IMG/VR virus record: IMGVR_UViG_3300021387_000895
Span: 1 to 27,301 of that record
Length of the DNA stretch: 27,301 bases
Source of the DNA: a virus
Lineage: Duplodnaviria; Heunggongvirae; Uroviricota; Caudoviricetes
Strand: one strand, 5' to 3'
Part shown: one piece after another, positions 1 through 7,578 of the stretch
Position numbering within the stretch: the stretch's first letter is position 1
Layout: the number at the start of each line of letters is the position of its first letter
Made by a program: the position numbers and the translations under genes
Notes under the pieces: model-generated
Told to the model about the DNA's origin: nothing
Seen by the model: only the letters and a program-made list of their open reading frames with translations
Database searches by the model: none

Positions 1-53
1 CTTCCAATTTTTTCCGGGGGATATTTTAGGAAATTGGTTTTGGAGTTGATTAC

Positions 54-704
54 ATGACTTACTATGTCGCAGGCATTCCTTATTCTCCAGATGACATATA
101 CCATCATGGTATAAGAGGTCAGAAGTGGGGATTGAGGCGTTTTCAGAATGATGATGGTTCTCTTACCGAAGAAGGTAAGAGGAGATATGGGACTAGTGAA
201 AATTTCGAAAACTACAAACAGTATAAAGCTGCTAAGTCTAATTATAGATGGGCGAAGGCAGCAAATTACGCTACTCTTCCTACTGGTATTTTGTCTCCAT
301 TTCATTTAGCAACAATGTATAACAAAAATTTGAGAAAAGCTCAGTACAAAGAGGCAAAATCAAATTATGAAGATAGCATGAAGAAGGCTACCGGTAGGGA
401 CCTTGCTAAAGAGAGAAAAGAAAGAGGAAAAGTGGCACTTAAGGCTGCCGGAGTTTTAGCTGGTGCGGCTCTCGCAACTTATGGTGCTTACAAGTTATCG
501 CAAGTAATTGATAAAGGTGACAGCGAATGGCTAAAAACCGGTAGGGATAATGCTGAACTAGCGATTTCGGCAATAGGGAAAGACAAGGTTTCAGCGAGCA
601 TATTCGAGAAGACAGGTAATGCAATAAAGTATTACACCGGCCATACTAATAAAAGGCGAAGCGCATCGATGACGAAACCAGTTGCTTTATTAAATGCTTA
701 TTGA
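54..704 (+). CDS. Conserved-leader (HxGIxGQKWG) family protein, copy 1; putative virion cargo protein
   Basis: N-terminus MTYYVAGIPYSPDDIYHHGIRGQKWGLRRFQNDDGSLTEEGKRRYG; Lys/Arg-rich; hydrophobic segment AAGVLAGAALATYGAYKL. Motif resembles DUF7211 as I recall it (unverified). Function inferred. Confidence 0.8.
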   Translation: MTYYVAGIPYSPDDIYHHGIRGQKWGLRRFQNDDGSLTEEGKRRYGTSENFENYKQYKAAKSNYRWAKAANYATLPTGILSPFHLATMYNKNLRKAQYKEAKSNYEDSMKKATGRDLAKERKERGKVALKAAGVLAGAALATYGAYKLSQVIDKGDSEWLKTGRDNAELAISAIGKDKVSASIFEKTGNAIKYYTGHTNKRRSASMTKPVALLNAY

Positions 705-918
705 TAAGTTTTTTCGCACTGTAAACATGTATTATAGTAGAAGGACACAGAATGTGCGTTGGTTGTTCGGATTTAACACTGACCACTAATTTTTTTGTGT
801 TAAAACTACTTAAAAACTAATCAATAAGCCTCGAGTAACTATATTTGAAGTAGCACTATACAATACTGAAAGTAGAAATTAAGTGCTTAAATAGTCGTCG
901 AAAGTCGAGGTGAAGTTG

Positions 919-1254
919 ATGGCTAAAGAGATTAAAGAATCTGATTACTTAGGTCCTCCAGCTTTAACTCCTGAAGATGCAGAGGATGAACTAGTTTCAA
1001 TGGCTATCAACCTTGCAAGGCAGAGATTAGCTGATGGAACTGCAAGTAATCAACTAATAGCTGAAGTAATAAAAATGGGTACGTCAAAAGAAAGACTTCA
1101 AAAGGAAAAATTGAAGCGTGAGAACGAAATGCTTAAAGCAAAGACTGAAGCTATAAAATCTCAAAAGCATGCTGAAGAATTAGCAGCTAATGCTATTAAG
1201 GCGTTTAGAAGTTATTCGGGCGTTGACGTAGAGGATGATTACTTTGACTATTAA
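919..1254 (+). CDS. Putative terminase small subunit
   Basis: ~111-aa helical/coiled-coil protein (PALTPEDAEDELVSMAINLA...GTASNQL...ENEMLKAKTEA) upstream of the HNH gene and terL. GAGGTGA RBS at 907-913 favours ATG 919 over GTG 910. Function assigned from position and recalled family similarity only. Confidence 0.55.
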   Translation: MAKEIKESDYLGPPALTPEDAEDELVSMAINLARQRLADGTASNQLIAEVIKMGTSKERLQKEKLKRENEMLKAKTEAIKSQKHAEELAANAIKAFRSYSGVDVEDDYFDY

Positions 1255-1663
1255 AAGAAGCTATTCAGAATTAAAAAAACTAAAAACATTTGAGGATAGA
1301 TTTAATTATTTAAAGTTGTCTGCCGTAATAGGAGAAAAGACTTTTGGTAATGAGCGATATTTAAATCAAAGGTTTTATGGATCAAATGAATGGAAAGATT
1401 TTAGGCGTAAAGTTATAATAAGAGATAACGGATGCGATCTAGGTCTTGAAGGATACTCTATTTACGATAAAATGGAGATCCATCATATTAATCCTATAAC
1501 TATGACGGACATTGAGCAATGCAGTGATGCTCTTATGGATATGGAAAACGTTATATGTGTTTCGAGTAAAACACATAAAGCTATTCATTATGGAGATTCT
1601 AGTTCACTCCCTAAAGATCCTATAGTTAGGAAGCCTAACGATATGTGTCCTTGGAGGAACTGA
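1235..1663 (+). CDS. HNH endonuclease (packaging-associated)
   Basis: RDNGCDLG...EIHHINP...ENVICVS..THKAIH metal-finger pattern; adjacent to packaging genes, as for HK97 gp74-type HNH proteins. Confidence 0.85.
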   Translation: MITLTIKRSYSELKKLKTFEDRFNYLKLSAVIGEKTFGNERYLNQRFYGSNEWKDFRRKVIIRDNGCDLGLEGYSIYDKMEIHHINPITMTDIEQCSDALMDMENVICVSSKTHKAIHYGDSSSLPKDPIVRKPNDMCPWRN

Positions 1664-1811
1664 GTGAGGTGAACTCAAAATGACTTACTATGTAGCTGGG
1701 TTACCTTACTCAGCTGAACTCTACCACTATGGTATACAAGGTCAAAAGTGGGGCTTAAGAAGGTTTCAGAATCCGGATGGAACAAGAACTCCTGAAGGTA
1801 AGATAAGGTAT
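1662..1811 (+). repeat. 150-bp direct repeat copy A (RBS + 44 leader codons), partner at 3057-3206
   Basis: Manual alignment: 18 upstream nt identical; 6 mismatches in 132 coding nt, all synonymous third positions. Confidence 0.95.
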
Positions 1812-2153
1812 AAAACTAAAGAAAGAACTAATTGGGAAAATGAAAGACTAAGTACAAAGCAGATTTTGAAGAATACTTCTAAAGAATTCAAATATAGTCA
1901 TCCAATTATGGCTCCGATTTTAAAAGGGATTGGTATTGGAGCTGTTACATATTTATTATCTAGAAAGATTTCATCCAAGGCTTCAGATTTAATTGATTCA
2001 GGTAATAATATTGTTATTGGAGCTGGAGTTGCGTCTGCTATTTTAGGTATTGTTGGTAAGATGTCTGCTTCATATATTATTGGATCTGGAATAGGCGAGG
2101 CTATGAACTCGTATAATGTGATTAAGAATAACGAATATCCTAGTAAGAATTAG
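1680..2153 (+). CDS. Conserved-leader family protein, copy 2
   Basis: MTYYVAGLPYSAELYHYGIQGQKWGLRRFQNPDGTRTPEGKIRY leader; two Gly-rich hydrophobic stretches in the C-terminal half; RBS GAGGTGA. Confidence 0.8.
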   Translation: MTYYVAGLPYSAELYHYGIQGQKWGLRRFQNPDGTRTPEGKIRYKTKERTNWENERLSTKQILKNTSKEFKYSHPIMAPILKGIGIGAVTYLLSRKISSKASDLIDSGNNIVIGAGVASAILGIVGKMSASYIIGSGIGEAMNSYNVIKNNEYPSKN

Positions 2154-2172
2154 AGATGCGAGGTGATTGTGT

Positions 2173-2517
2173 ATGGAAGAAAGTATTCTTAGAACTATTC
2201 AAAGTAAACTCGGACCTGATTCAGACTATGGTGTTTTTACTTCTGATATTCTTATTAGTATTAATAGTGCTATTTCAGTTCTTACTCAGCTTGGGATTGG
2301 ACCAGAAGAAGGATTTAGGATAACTGGAGAAGAAGAAACTTGGTCGCAGCTTGTTGGTGATGCAAAATACCTCGAGATGGTTAAAGATTATATATTCTTC
2401 AAAGTTAAGTTAGCATTTGATCCACCTTCTAATTCTTCATTAGTTACTTTCTATAAACAAGAATGCAATGAACTTGAATGGAGACTAAATGTTGCTGTAG
2501 ATCCAGGAAAGCATTGA
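2173..2517 (+). CDS. Head-tail adaptor/connector protein (gp6/gp15-like)
   Basis: SILRTIQSKLG...DILISINSAISVLTQLGIGP..GF.I...W...VKDYIFFKVKLAFDPP...ELEWRLNV pattern and size typical of phage connectors. GAGGTGA RBS supports ATG 2173. Confidence 0.7.
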   Translation: MEESILRTIQSKLGPDSDYGVFTSDILISINSAISVLTQLGIGPEEGFRITGEEETWSQLVGDAKYLEMVKDYIFFKVKLAFDPPSNSSLVTFYKQECNELEWRLNVAVDPGKH

Positions 2518-2542
2518 CTTTCAAGCATAATGTTGGTATAAT
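2514..2542 (+). promoter_or_regulatory. Sigma70/SigA-type promoter with extended -10
   Basis: TTGACT (2514-2519), 17-bp spacer, TG at 2534-2535, TATAAT (2537-2542). Confidence 0.85.
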
Positions 2543-2571
2543 ATTAACATTACAGTTTGGAGGTAGTTATA

Positions 2572-3003
2572 ATGAAAAGATTAGTTGCTTTAGTTGTAAT
2601 GTTTCTGGTTTTTCAAATAGTTGCTTTCGCTTCTGTAGATATCGATCTTGATTCTTTAAGTGAATACGAATTGTTCGAACTCCAGATGGAAGTACAAGAA
2701 AAGCTTTATGAATACGATCCTTCTGCTGGGTTTATAATGTATCCTGGTGTCAGCATTGTTGGTAAGAATTTTGAAGCAGGATCATATGTTGTTAAAGTTG
2801 TTGAACCGATTGAGAACGAATACGATTTTCCGCCATATATAACTATATGGAAAAATGAAGATGTAATTGGAAGTATTATGCGAGAAGACTTTGTTGATGA
2901 CCCAAGTTTTAGAGAAAAAGATGATGTGTATCAGTGCAATTTAATTGACGGCATGTGTTTTGAATTGAATTATGGAGTTTTTCAATTCATAAAACGAAAA
3001 TAG
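2572..3003 (+). CDS. Moron: acidic exported protein with Sec signal peptide
   Basis: GGAGG RBS at 2559-2563 supports ATG 2572. MKRLVALVVMFLVFQIVAFA-S is an n/h/AxA signal peptide; mature part is D/E-rich; own promoter and terminator. Confidence 0.8.
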   Translation: MKRLVALVVMFLVFQIVAFASVDIDLDSLSEYELFELQMEVQEKLYEYDPSAGFIMYPGVSIVGKNFEAGSYVVKVVEPIENEYDFPPYITIWKNEDVIGSIMREDFVDDPSFREKDDVYQCNLIDGMCFELNYGVFQFIKRK

Positions 3004-3018
3004 AATATGCCGATAATC

Positions 3019-3046
3019 CGCTCCTCAATCGAGGGGCGTTTTTTTT
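3019..3046 (+). terminator. Rho-independent terminator
   Basis: CGCTCCTC-AATC-GAGGGGCG stem-loop (one G-U pair) followed by a T8 run. Confidence 0.9.
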
Positions 3047-3056
3047 ATGTCTTTAC

Positions 3057-3206
3057 GAGTGAGGTGAACTCAAAATGACTTACTACGTAGCTGGGTTACC
3101 TTACTCAGCTGAACTCTACCATTATGGTATACAAGGCCAAAAGTGGGGCTTAAGAAGGTTTCAGAATCCTGATGGGACAAGAACTCCTGAAGGTAAGATT
3201 AGGTAT
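3057..3206 (+). repeat. 150-bp direct repeat copy B, partner at 1662-1811
   Basis: See copy A; encodes an identical 44-aa leader. Confidence 0.95.
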
Positions 3207-3767
3207 AGAGAAAATGGGACTGGAAATTCTGGTTCTGCATCGTCAAATGGTAAAAACGAAAAACTGAAGAAGGCAGCAAAGATAGCGTTAATTACAGCAG
3301 GTACTGCAGCGGCTGCCTATGGTACATACCGTTTGGCTAAGAGTGGAGCTTTGAACGATGTAGCCAGTAAAATAGGCAATACAGCACGTTCTTTATCGAA
3401 CGGAACAAAGAGCAAAATTGTGGATTCGATTAGTAGACATAAAGCAGATAGAGAATTGAATACGGCTCGATCGAAAGAAAATGCTAAAAGAATGAAGGAT
3501 GCAATCAATGCATTTAAAATTCCTGACGATGAGCTTTTGAGTAGAATAGGACGATTAGAAAAAGAAGCTGAATATAGAAAACTTATATTAGAAAGTATTG
3601 AGTATACCCCAAATCCAAAGAATAAAGTATTTGTTGATGCGGGTAAGAAAGTTGCTGGTACTTTTCTTGCTGGTGCTGGTACTTATGCAATTAAAGCTCT
3701 GCTAACAAAGAAATTTAGTCCAAAAGAAGCTGCAGATTATGTTGCTCCGAAACCTAAGAAGAAATAA
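3075..3767 (+). CDS. Conserved-leader family protein, copy 3
   Basis: Leader identical to copy 2 for 44 aa, then unrelated; hydrophobic segments AAKIALITAGTAAAAYGTYRL and VAGTFLAGAGTYAIKALL; basic tail PKPKKK. Confidence 0.8.
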   Translation: MTYYVAGLPYSAELYHYGIQGQKWGLRRFQNPDGTRTPEGKIRYRENGTGNSGSASSNGKNEKLKKAAKIALITAGTAAAAYGTYRLAKSGALNDVASKIGNTARSLSNGTKSKIVDSISRHKADRELNTARSKENAKRMKDAINAFKIPDDELLSRIGRLEKEAEYRKLILESIEYTPNPKNKVFVDAGKKVAGTFLAGAGTYAIKALLTKKFSPKEAADYVAPKPKKK

Positions 3768-3779
3768 AGGAGGCATTCT

Positions 3780-5534
3780 ATGTCTCTTTCAAATACTGCT
3801 ATACCTATTTATTATGGAAGATTTAGAGATGCTGTTTTAAGAGGAGAAATTCCAGTTTGTCAAGAAATCTCGATGGAAATGAATCGTATCGATGATTTGA
3901 TTCGAGACCCAAGGTATTATTACGATGATCAAGCTGTAGAAGGTTTTGTCAAGTATTGTGAGCAAGAACTAACATTGACTGATGGATCAGATCTGCATTT
4001 GCTTGATTCGTTTAAGTTATGGGCTGAGGAGATATTTGGTTGGTATTACTTTGTTGAAAGAAGTGTGTATGAACCGTCTCCAGATGGCCATGGCGGTAAA
4101 TACGTAATAAAAACTGTTAAGAAGAGGCTTGTAAATAAGCAATTTCTTATTGTTGCCCGAGGAGCAGCAAAGTCGATGTATGCATCATGTATACAAAGCT
4201 TTGTTTTAAATATTGATGGATCTACAACTCTTCAGATAACGACTGCTCCAACAATGAAGCAGGCTGAAGAAGTAATGTCTCCTATTAGAACTTCCATTAC
4301 AAGATCTAGAGGTCCATTATTCCAATTTCTTACTGAAGGGTCACTTCAAAATACAACTGGTTCCAAAGCAGATAGAGTTAAATTAGCATCCACCAAAATA
4401 GGTATTCAAAACTTTATTACTGGTTCGCGAATAGAAGTAAGACCGATGTCAATAGATAAATTACAAGGTTTAAGACCAAAGGTATGCTCAGTTGACGAAT
4501 GGCTTTCTGGAGATATTAGGGAAGACGTTATAGGTGCGTTAGAGCAGGGAGCTTCTAAGGGTGGTATTGAGGATTATATAATTCTAGCCACCAGTTCGGA
4601 GGGCACTGTTCGAAATGCAGCCGGTGATGATATTAAAATGGAGCTTATGAAGATACTTCGTGGTGAGTATAAAAATGATCACGTATCTATCTGGTATTAT
4701 AAGCTTGATGATATTAGCGAAGTGGCCAAACCCTATATGTGGGTAAAAGCTAATCCTAATCTTGGTAAGACAGTTTCATATGAGACTTACCAATTGGATG
4801 TCGATCGTATGGAGCATGCTCCAGCAGTTCGAAACGATATTCTTGCTAAAAGATTTGGTATTCCAATGGAAGGTCATAGTTATTTCTTTACATATGAAGA
4901 AACTCTGCCGACAAATAGAAGAAACGACTTTTGGAAAATGCCATGCGCTTTAGGTGCTGATCTTTCCCAGGGTGATGACTTTTGTGCATTTACATTTTTG
5001 TTTCCTCTTAGAGATCAATCATTTGGTGTGAAGACTAGATGCTACATTACTTCTTTAACTCTTAATAGGCTTCCTATGTCTATGAGACTTAAATACGAGG
5101 AATTCATGAAAGAGGGTAGTTTAATCGTTCTTGAAGGAACGGTTTTAGATATTATGGAGGTTTACCAGGATCTCGATAAGTATATTGAAGAGTCTGGATA
5201 TGAAGTATTAGCATTTGGTTATGATCCATACAACGCAAAAGTATTCGTTGATCAATGGGCTTTGGAAAATGGTGATTATGCTATAGAAAAAGTTCCGCAG
5301 GGATCAAAAACTGAATCGGTTCCTCTTGGCGAAATAAAGAATTTAGCAAGTGAGCGCATGCTTTTGTTTGATCAGGAGCTTATGACATTTTGTATGGGAA
5401 ACTGCATAGCACTTGAAGATACAAATGGTAATAGAAAGCTTCTTAAGATGCGTAAGCAAGAGAAGATCGATGCTGTTGCAGCGATGCTTGATGCTTACGT
5501 TGCTTATAAGGCATATAAAGAGGTTTTTGAGTGA
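3780..5534 (+). CDS. terL: Terminase large subunit
   Basis: 584 aa; Walker A-like VARGAAKS, Walker B CSVDEW, TSSEG motif III region, nuclease GADLS and KIDAVAAMLDA. Confidence 0.95.
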   Translation: MSLSNTAIPIYYGRFRDAVLRGEIPVCQEISMEMNRIDDLIRDPRYYYDDQAVEGFVKYCEQELTLTDGSDLHLLDSFKLWAEEIFGWYYFVERSVYEPSPDGHGGKYVIKTVKKRLVNKQFLIVARGAAKSMYASCIQSFVLNIDGSTTLQITTAPTMKQAEEVMSPIRTSITRSRGPLFQFLTEGSLQNTTGSKADRVKLASTKIGIQNFITGSRIEVRPMSIDKLQGLRPKVCSVDEWLSGDIREDVIGALEQGASKGGIEDYIILATSSEGTVRNAAGDDIKMELMKILRGEYKNDHVSIWYYKLDDISEVAKPYMWVKANPNLGKTVSYETYQLDVDRMEHAPAVRNDILAKRFGIPMEGHSYFFTYEETLPTNRRNDFWKMPCALGADLSQGDDFCAFTFLFPLRDQSFGVKTRCYITSLTLNRLPMSMRLKYEEFMKEGSLIVLEGTVLDIMEVYQDLDKYIEESGYEVLAFGYDPYNAKVFVDQWALENGDYAIEKVPQGSKTESVPLGEIKNLASERMLLFDQELMTFCMGNCIALEDTNGNRKLLKMRKQEKIDAVAAMLDAYVAYKAYKEVFE

Positions 5535-5556
5535 TGTTGAGTGAGGTGAATTTAAA

Positions 5557-5979
5557 GTGACTTACTATGTTGTGGGATTGCCTTACTCTTCAGAACTTTT
5601 TCACTTTGGTATAAAAGGTCAGAAGTGGGGATTAAGACGCTTTCAGAATCCAGATGGAACCCTTACACCGGAAGGAAAGTCGAGATATGGAACTGTTGAG
5701 AGCTATAACAAAGCAAAGAATAGATCTAAAGCAGTAAAGATTGCTGTTTCTATTGGAGTTGCTTCCGTTATAGCTGGATTAGCTATATACGGCGGTTTAA
5801 AATTAAAGAACACAAATACTAGTTTTGTGGATTCAGCTTTTAGCAGTAGTGATTCTTTGTCAAACCTATTTGATAAAACGGTATCCGACATTACAGATTT
5901 CTCTTCTATCGATAATGCTAAAACTGCAGAGAAAGAGCTAAAGCGTATGCGATATGAATTGAATCGCAATTTGAGGTGA
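5557..5979 (+). CDS. Conserved-leader family protein, copy 4
   Basis: GTG start after GAGTGAGGTGAA; MTYYVVGLPYSSELFHFGIKGQKWGLRRFQNPDG; TM-like IAVSIGVASVIAGLAIYGGLKL. Confidence 0.8.
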   Translation: MTYYVVGLPYSSELFHFGIKGQKWGLRRFQNPDGTLTPEGKSRYGTVESYNKAKNRSKAVKIAVSIGVASVIAGLAIYGGLKLKNTNTSFVDSAFSSSDSLSNLFDKTVSDITDFSSIDNAKTAEKELKRMRYELNRNLR

Positions 5980-5980
5980 T

Positions 5981-5991
5981 AATCAAAATGG
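5981..5991 (+). repeat. AATCAAAATGG motif copy 1
   Basis: Exact 11-mer also at 9760, 11771 and 26344; this copy overlaps the start codon at 5988. Confidence 0.7.
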
Positions 5992-6596
5992 CATATATGG
6001 TCGCGGGTATCCCGTATTCTTCTGAATTGTATCATTGGGGTATAAAAGGTCAGAAGTGGGGATTAAGGCGTTTTCAGAATGAAGACGGTACTTTAACAGA
6101 AGAAGGTAAAGCTCGATATAGACGAGAGATTAATAAAATGGCATCTAAGGATGCTCAAAGAGTATCTGATGCTAAAGCTGCATATGGAACTGGAGCTGGC
6201 ACAAGACGTAAGCTTCTCAATAAAGAGATTAATCAAAAGCTTAAGAATCCAGATTATAGGAAGGCTTATGAGCAGGCCAGTCAGCATGTTAACGTTCCAA
6301 AGTCTCTAAGGAAAGCCGAATCGTTACACAGGCATGCCGGGACTTTTGAGCGCGGTCAGAGACTTGCTGACAGTGGAAAGAAGGTTTCTAGCAGCATTTT
6401 AAAGGCTGTTGGTGGAGCTGCTTTGACAGTCGGAGGAGCTTATGCCGCAGGGAAATTAAACGTGATGAATGGTGGTAATAAGGCTACTTCGAACGTGATA
6501 TTAGCTATTGGCGGAATATCGGCAGCAACTACACTTGGTAAGGGTGTACGCGATGCTTATCAAGTTAACTATTACGAGCGTAATAAAAAGTTTTAG
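5988..6596 (+). CDS. Conserved-leader family protein, copy 5
   Basis: GAGGTGA RBS at 5973-5979 supports ATG 5988 (MAYMVAGIPYSSELYHWGIKGQKWG); two Gly/Ala hydrophobic stretches near the C-terminus. Confidence 0.8.
   Translation: MAYMVAGIPYSSELYHWGIKGQKWGLRRFQNEDGTLTEEGKARYRREINKMASKDAQRVSDAKAAYGTGAGTRRKLLNKEINQKLKNPDYRKAYEQASQHVNVPKSLRKAESLHRHAGTFERGQRLADSGKKVSSSILKAVGGAALTVGGAYAAGKLNVMNGGNKATSNVILAIGGISAATTLGKGVRDAYQVNYYERNKKF
6069..6121 (+). repeat. 53-bp exact direct repeat copy A, partner at 7226-7278
   Basis: cgttttcagaatgaagacggtactttaacagaagaaggtaaagctcgatatag is present identically at both positions. Confidence 0.95.
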
Positions 6597-6613
6597 ACGG
6601 TGGTGAACTCCAA

Positions 6614-7561
6614 ATGACTTACTATGTCGCAGGTATCCCTTATTCTCCAAATGACATATACCATCATGGTATAAAGGGCCAGAAATGGGGATTAAGGCGT
6701 TTTCAGAATGATGATGGCTCTCTTACCGAAGAAGGTAGGAGGAGATATGGGACCGATAGCCTTGGAACTAATTCAAATAAAAGTCTTAGGCGATTTTTAA
6801 CAAATGACTTTGGCCCTCTTCAGAATAGTAAATTAAGAAATAAAAGAGAAGATCGTCTTAAAAATAAGGTTGATCAATTAAAGCGTGAAGGTAAGGATTC
6901 TACAAAGACTGAACGAAAATACGAAGCCCAGAAGCAAAAGAATATCGACTATGAGAAGTATACTGCTAATACTAGTACAAAGAAACTTATTGCTCAGTCT
7001 TTACTTATGTCTAATTATGGTGCTCGTAAATATAGGGAAGCTAGAGCAAGAGGAGCAGGACGAGTAAGAGCTATGGCTTCAACGGCATTTTTCAATACTC
7101 CTATTGGATTCGCTGCAACCAAACTATCTGAAAAGAAGGAGTATGGCGAATTTGTTCATAGCGATTCTTCTTTTAGTCAAGAGCTTTACCATTGGGGAAT
7201 AAAAGGGCAAAAATGGGGAGTGCGCCGTTTTCAGAATGAAGACGGTACTTTAACAGAAGAAGGTAAAGCTCGATATAGGAATAATCCCGATGCTGCAAAG
7301 AAGTACATTAAAGAAAACTGGATAAACTCTTATAATAAGACAGTAGATAGAATTAATCCAAAGATTAATGAGATTAATAAAAAGTACGAAGGTGTTGATT
7401 TTAATAAAGATAATGATGCTTATGAACGATATAACAAAGAAATGACATCTATGATGGATGAAGTTGCTAACAAAGTATTTGACGAAGATTATGGCGAGAT
7501 ACTAGAAATAAGCGGTCTAGGCAGAGATTGGATGGATAAACACGGCTGGAATGATCTGTGA
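6614..7561 (+). CDS. Conserved-leader family protein, copy 6 (two-unit fusion with two motif copies)
   Basis: N-terminal leader plus a second internal ELYHWGIKGQKWGVRRFQNEDG at nt ~7181, preceded by EFVHSDSSFSQ. Confidence 0.85.
   Translation: MTYYVAGIPYSPNDIYHHGIKGQKWGLRRFQNDDGSLTEEGRRRYGTDSLGTNSNKSLRRFLTNDFGPLQNSKLRNKREDRLKNKVDQLKREGKDSTKTERKYEAQKQKNIDYEKYTANTSTKKLIAQSLLMSNYGARKYREARARGAGRVRAMASTAFFNTPIGFAATKLSEKKEYGEFVHSDSSFSQELYHWGIKGQKWGVRRFQNEDGTLTEEGKARYRNNPDAAKKYIKENWINSYNKTVDRINPKINEINKKYEGVDFNKDNDAYERYNKEMTSMMDEVANKVFDEDYGEILEISGLGRDWMDKHGWNDL
7226..7278 (+). repeat. 53-bp exact direct repeat copy B
   Basis: Identical to 6069-6121. Confidence 0.95.
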
Positions 7562-7578
7562 TAAGTAGGTGATCATGC

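Noticed and set aside
1-53. ttttttccggggggatattttagg as a cos/pac site
   Set aside because: Suggestive location only; window edge, no flanking context or read-termini data.
1662-3206. Leader repeats as a diversity-generating retroelement template/variable pair
   Set aside because: Mismatches are not adenine-specific (T/C, C/T, T/C, G/T, A/G, A/T), all are synonymous, and no reverse transcriptase is in the window.
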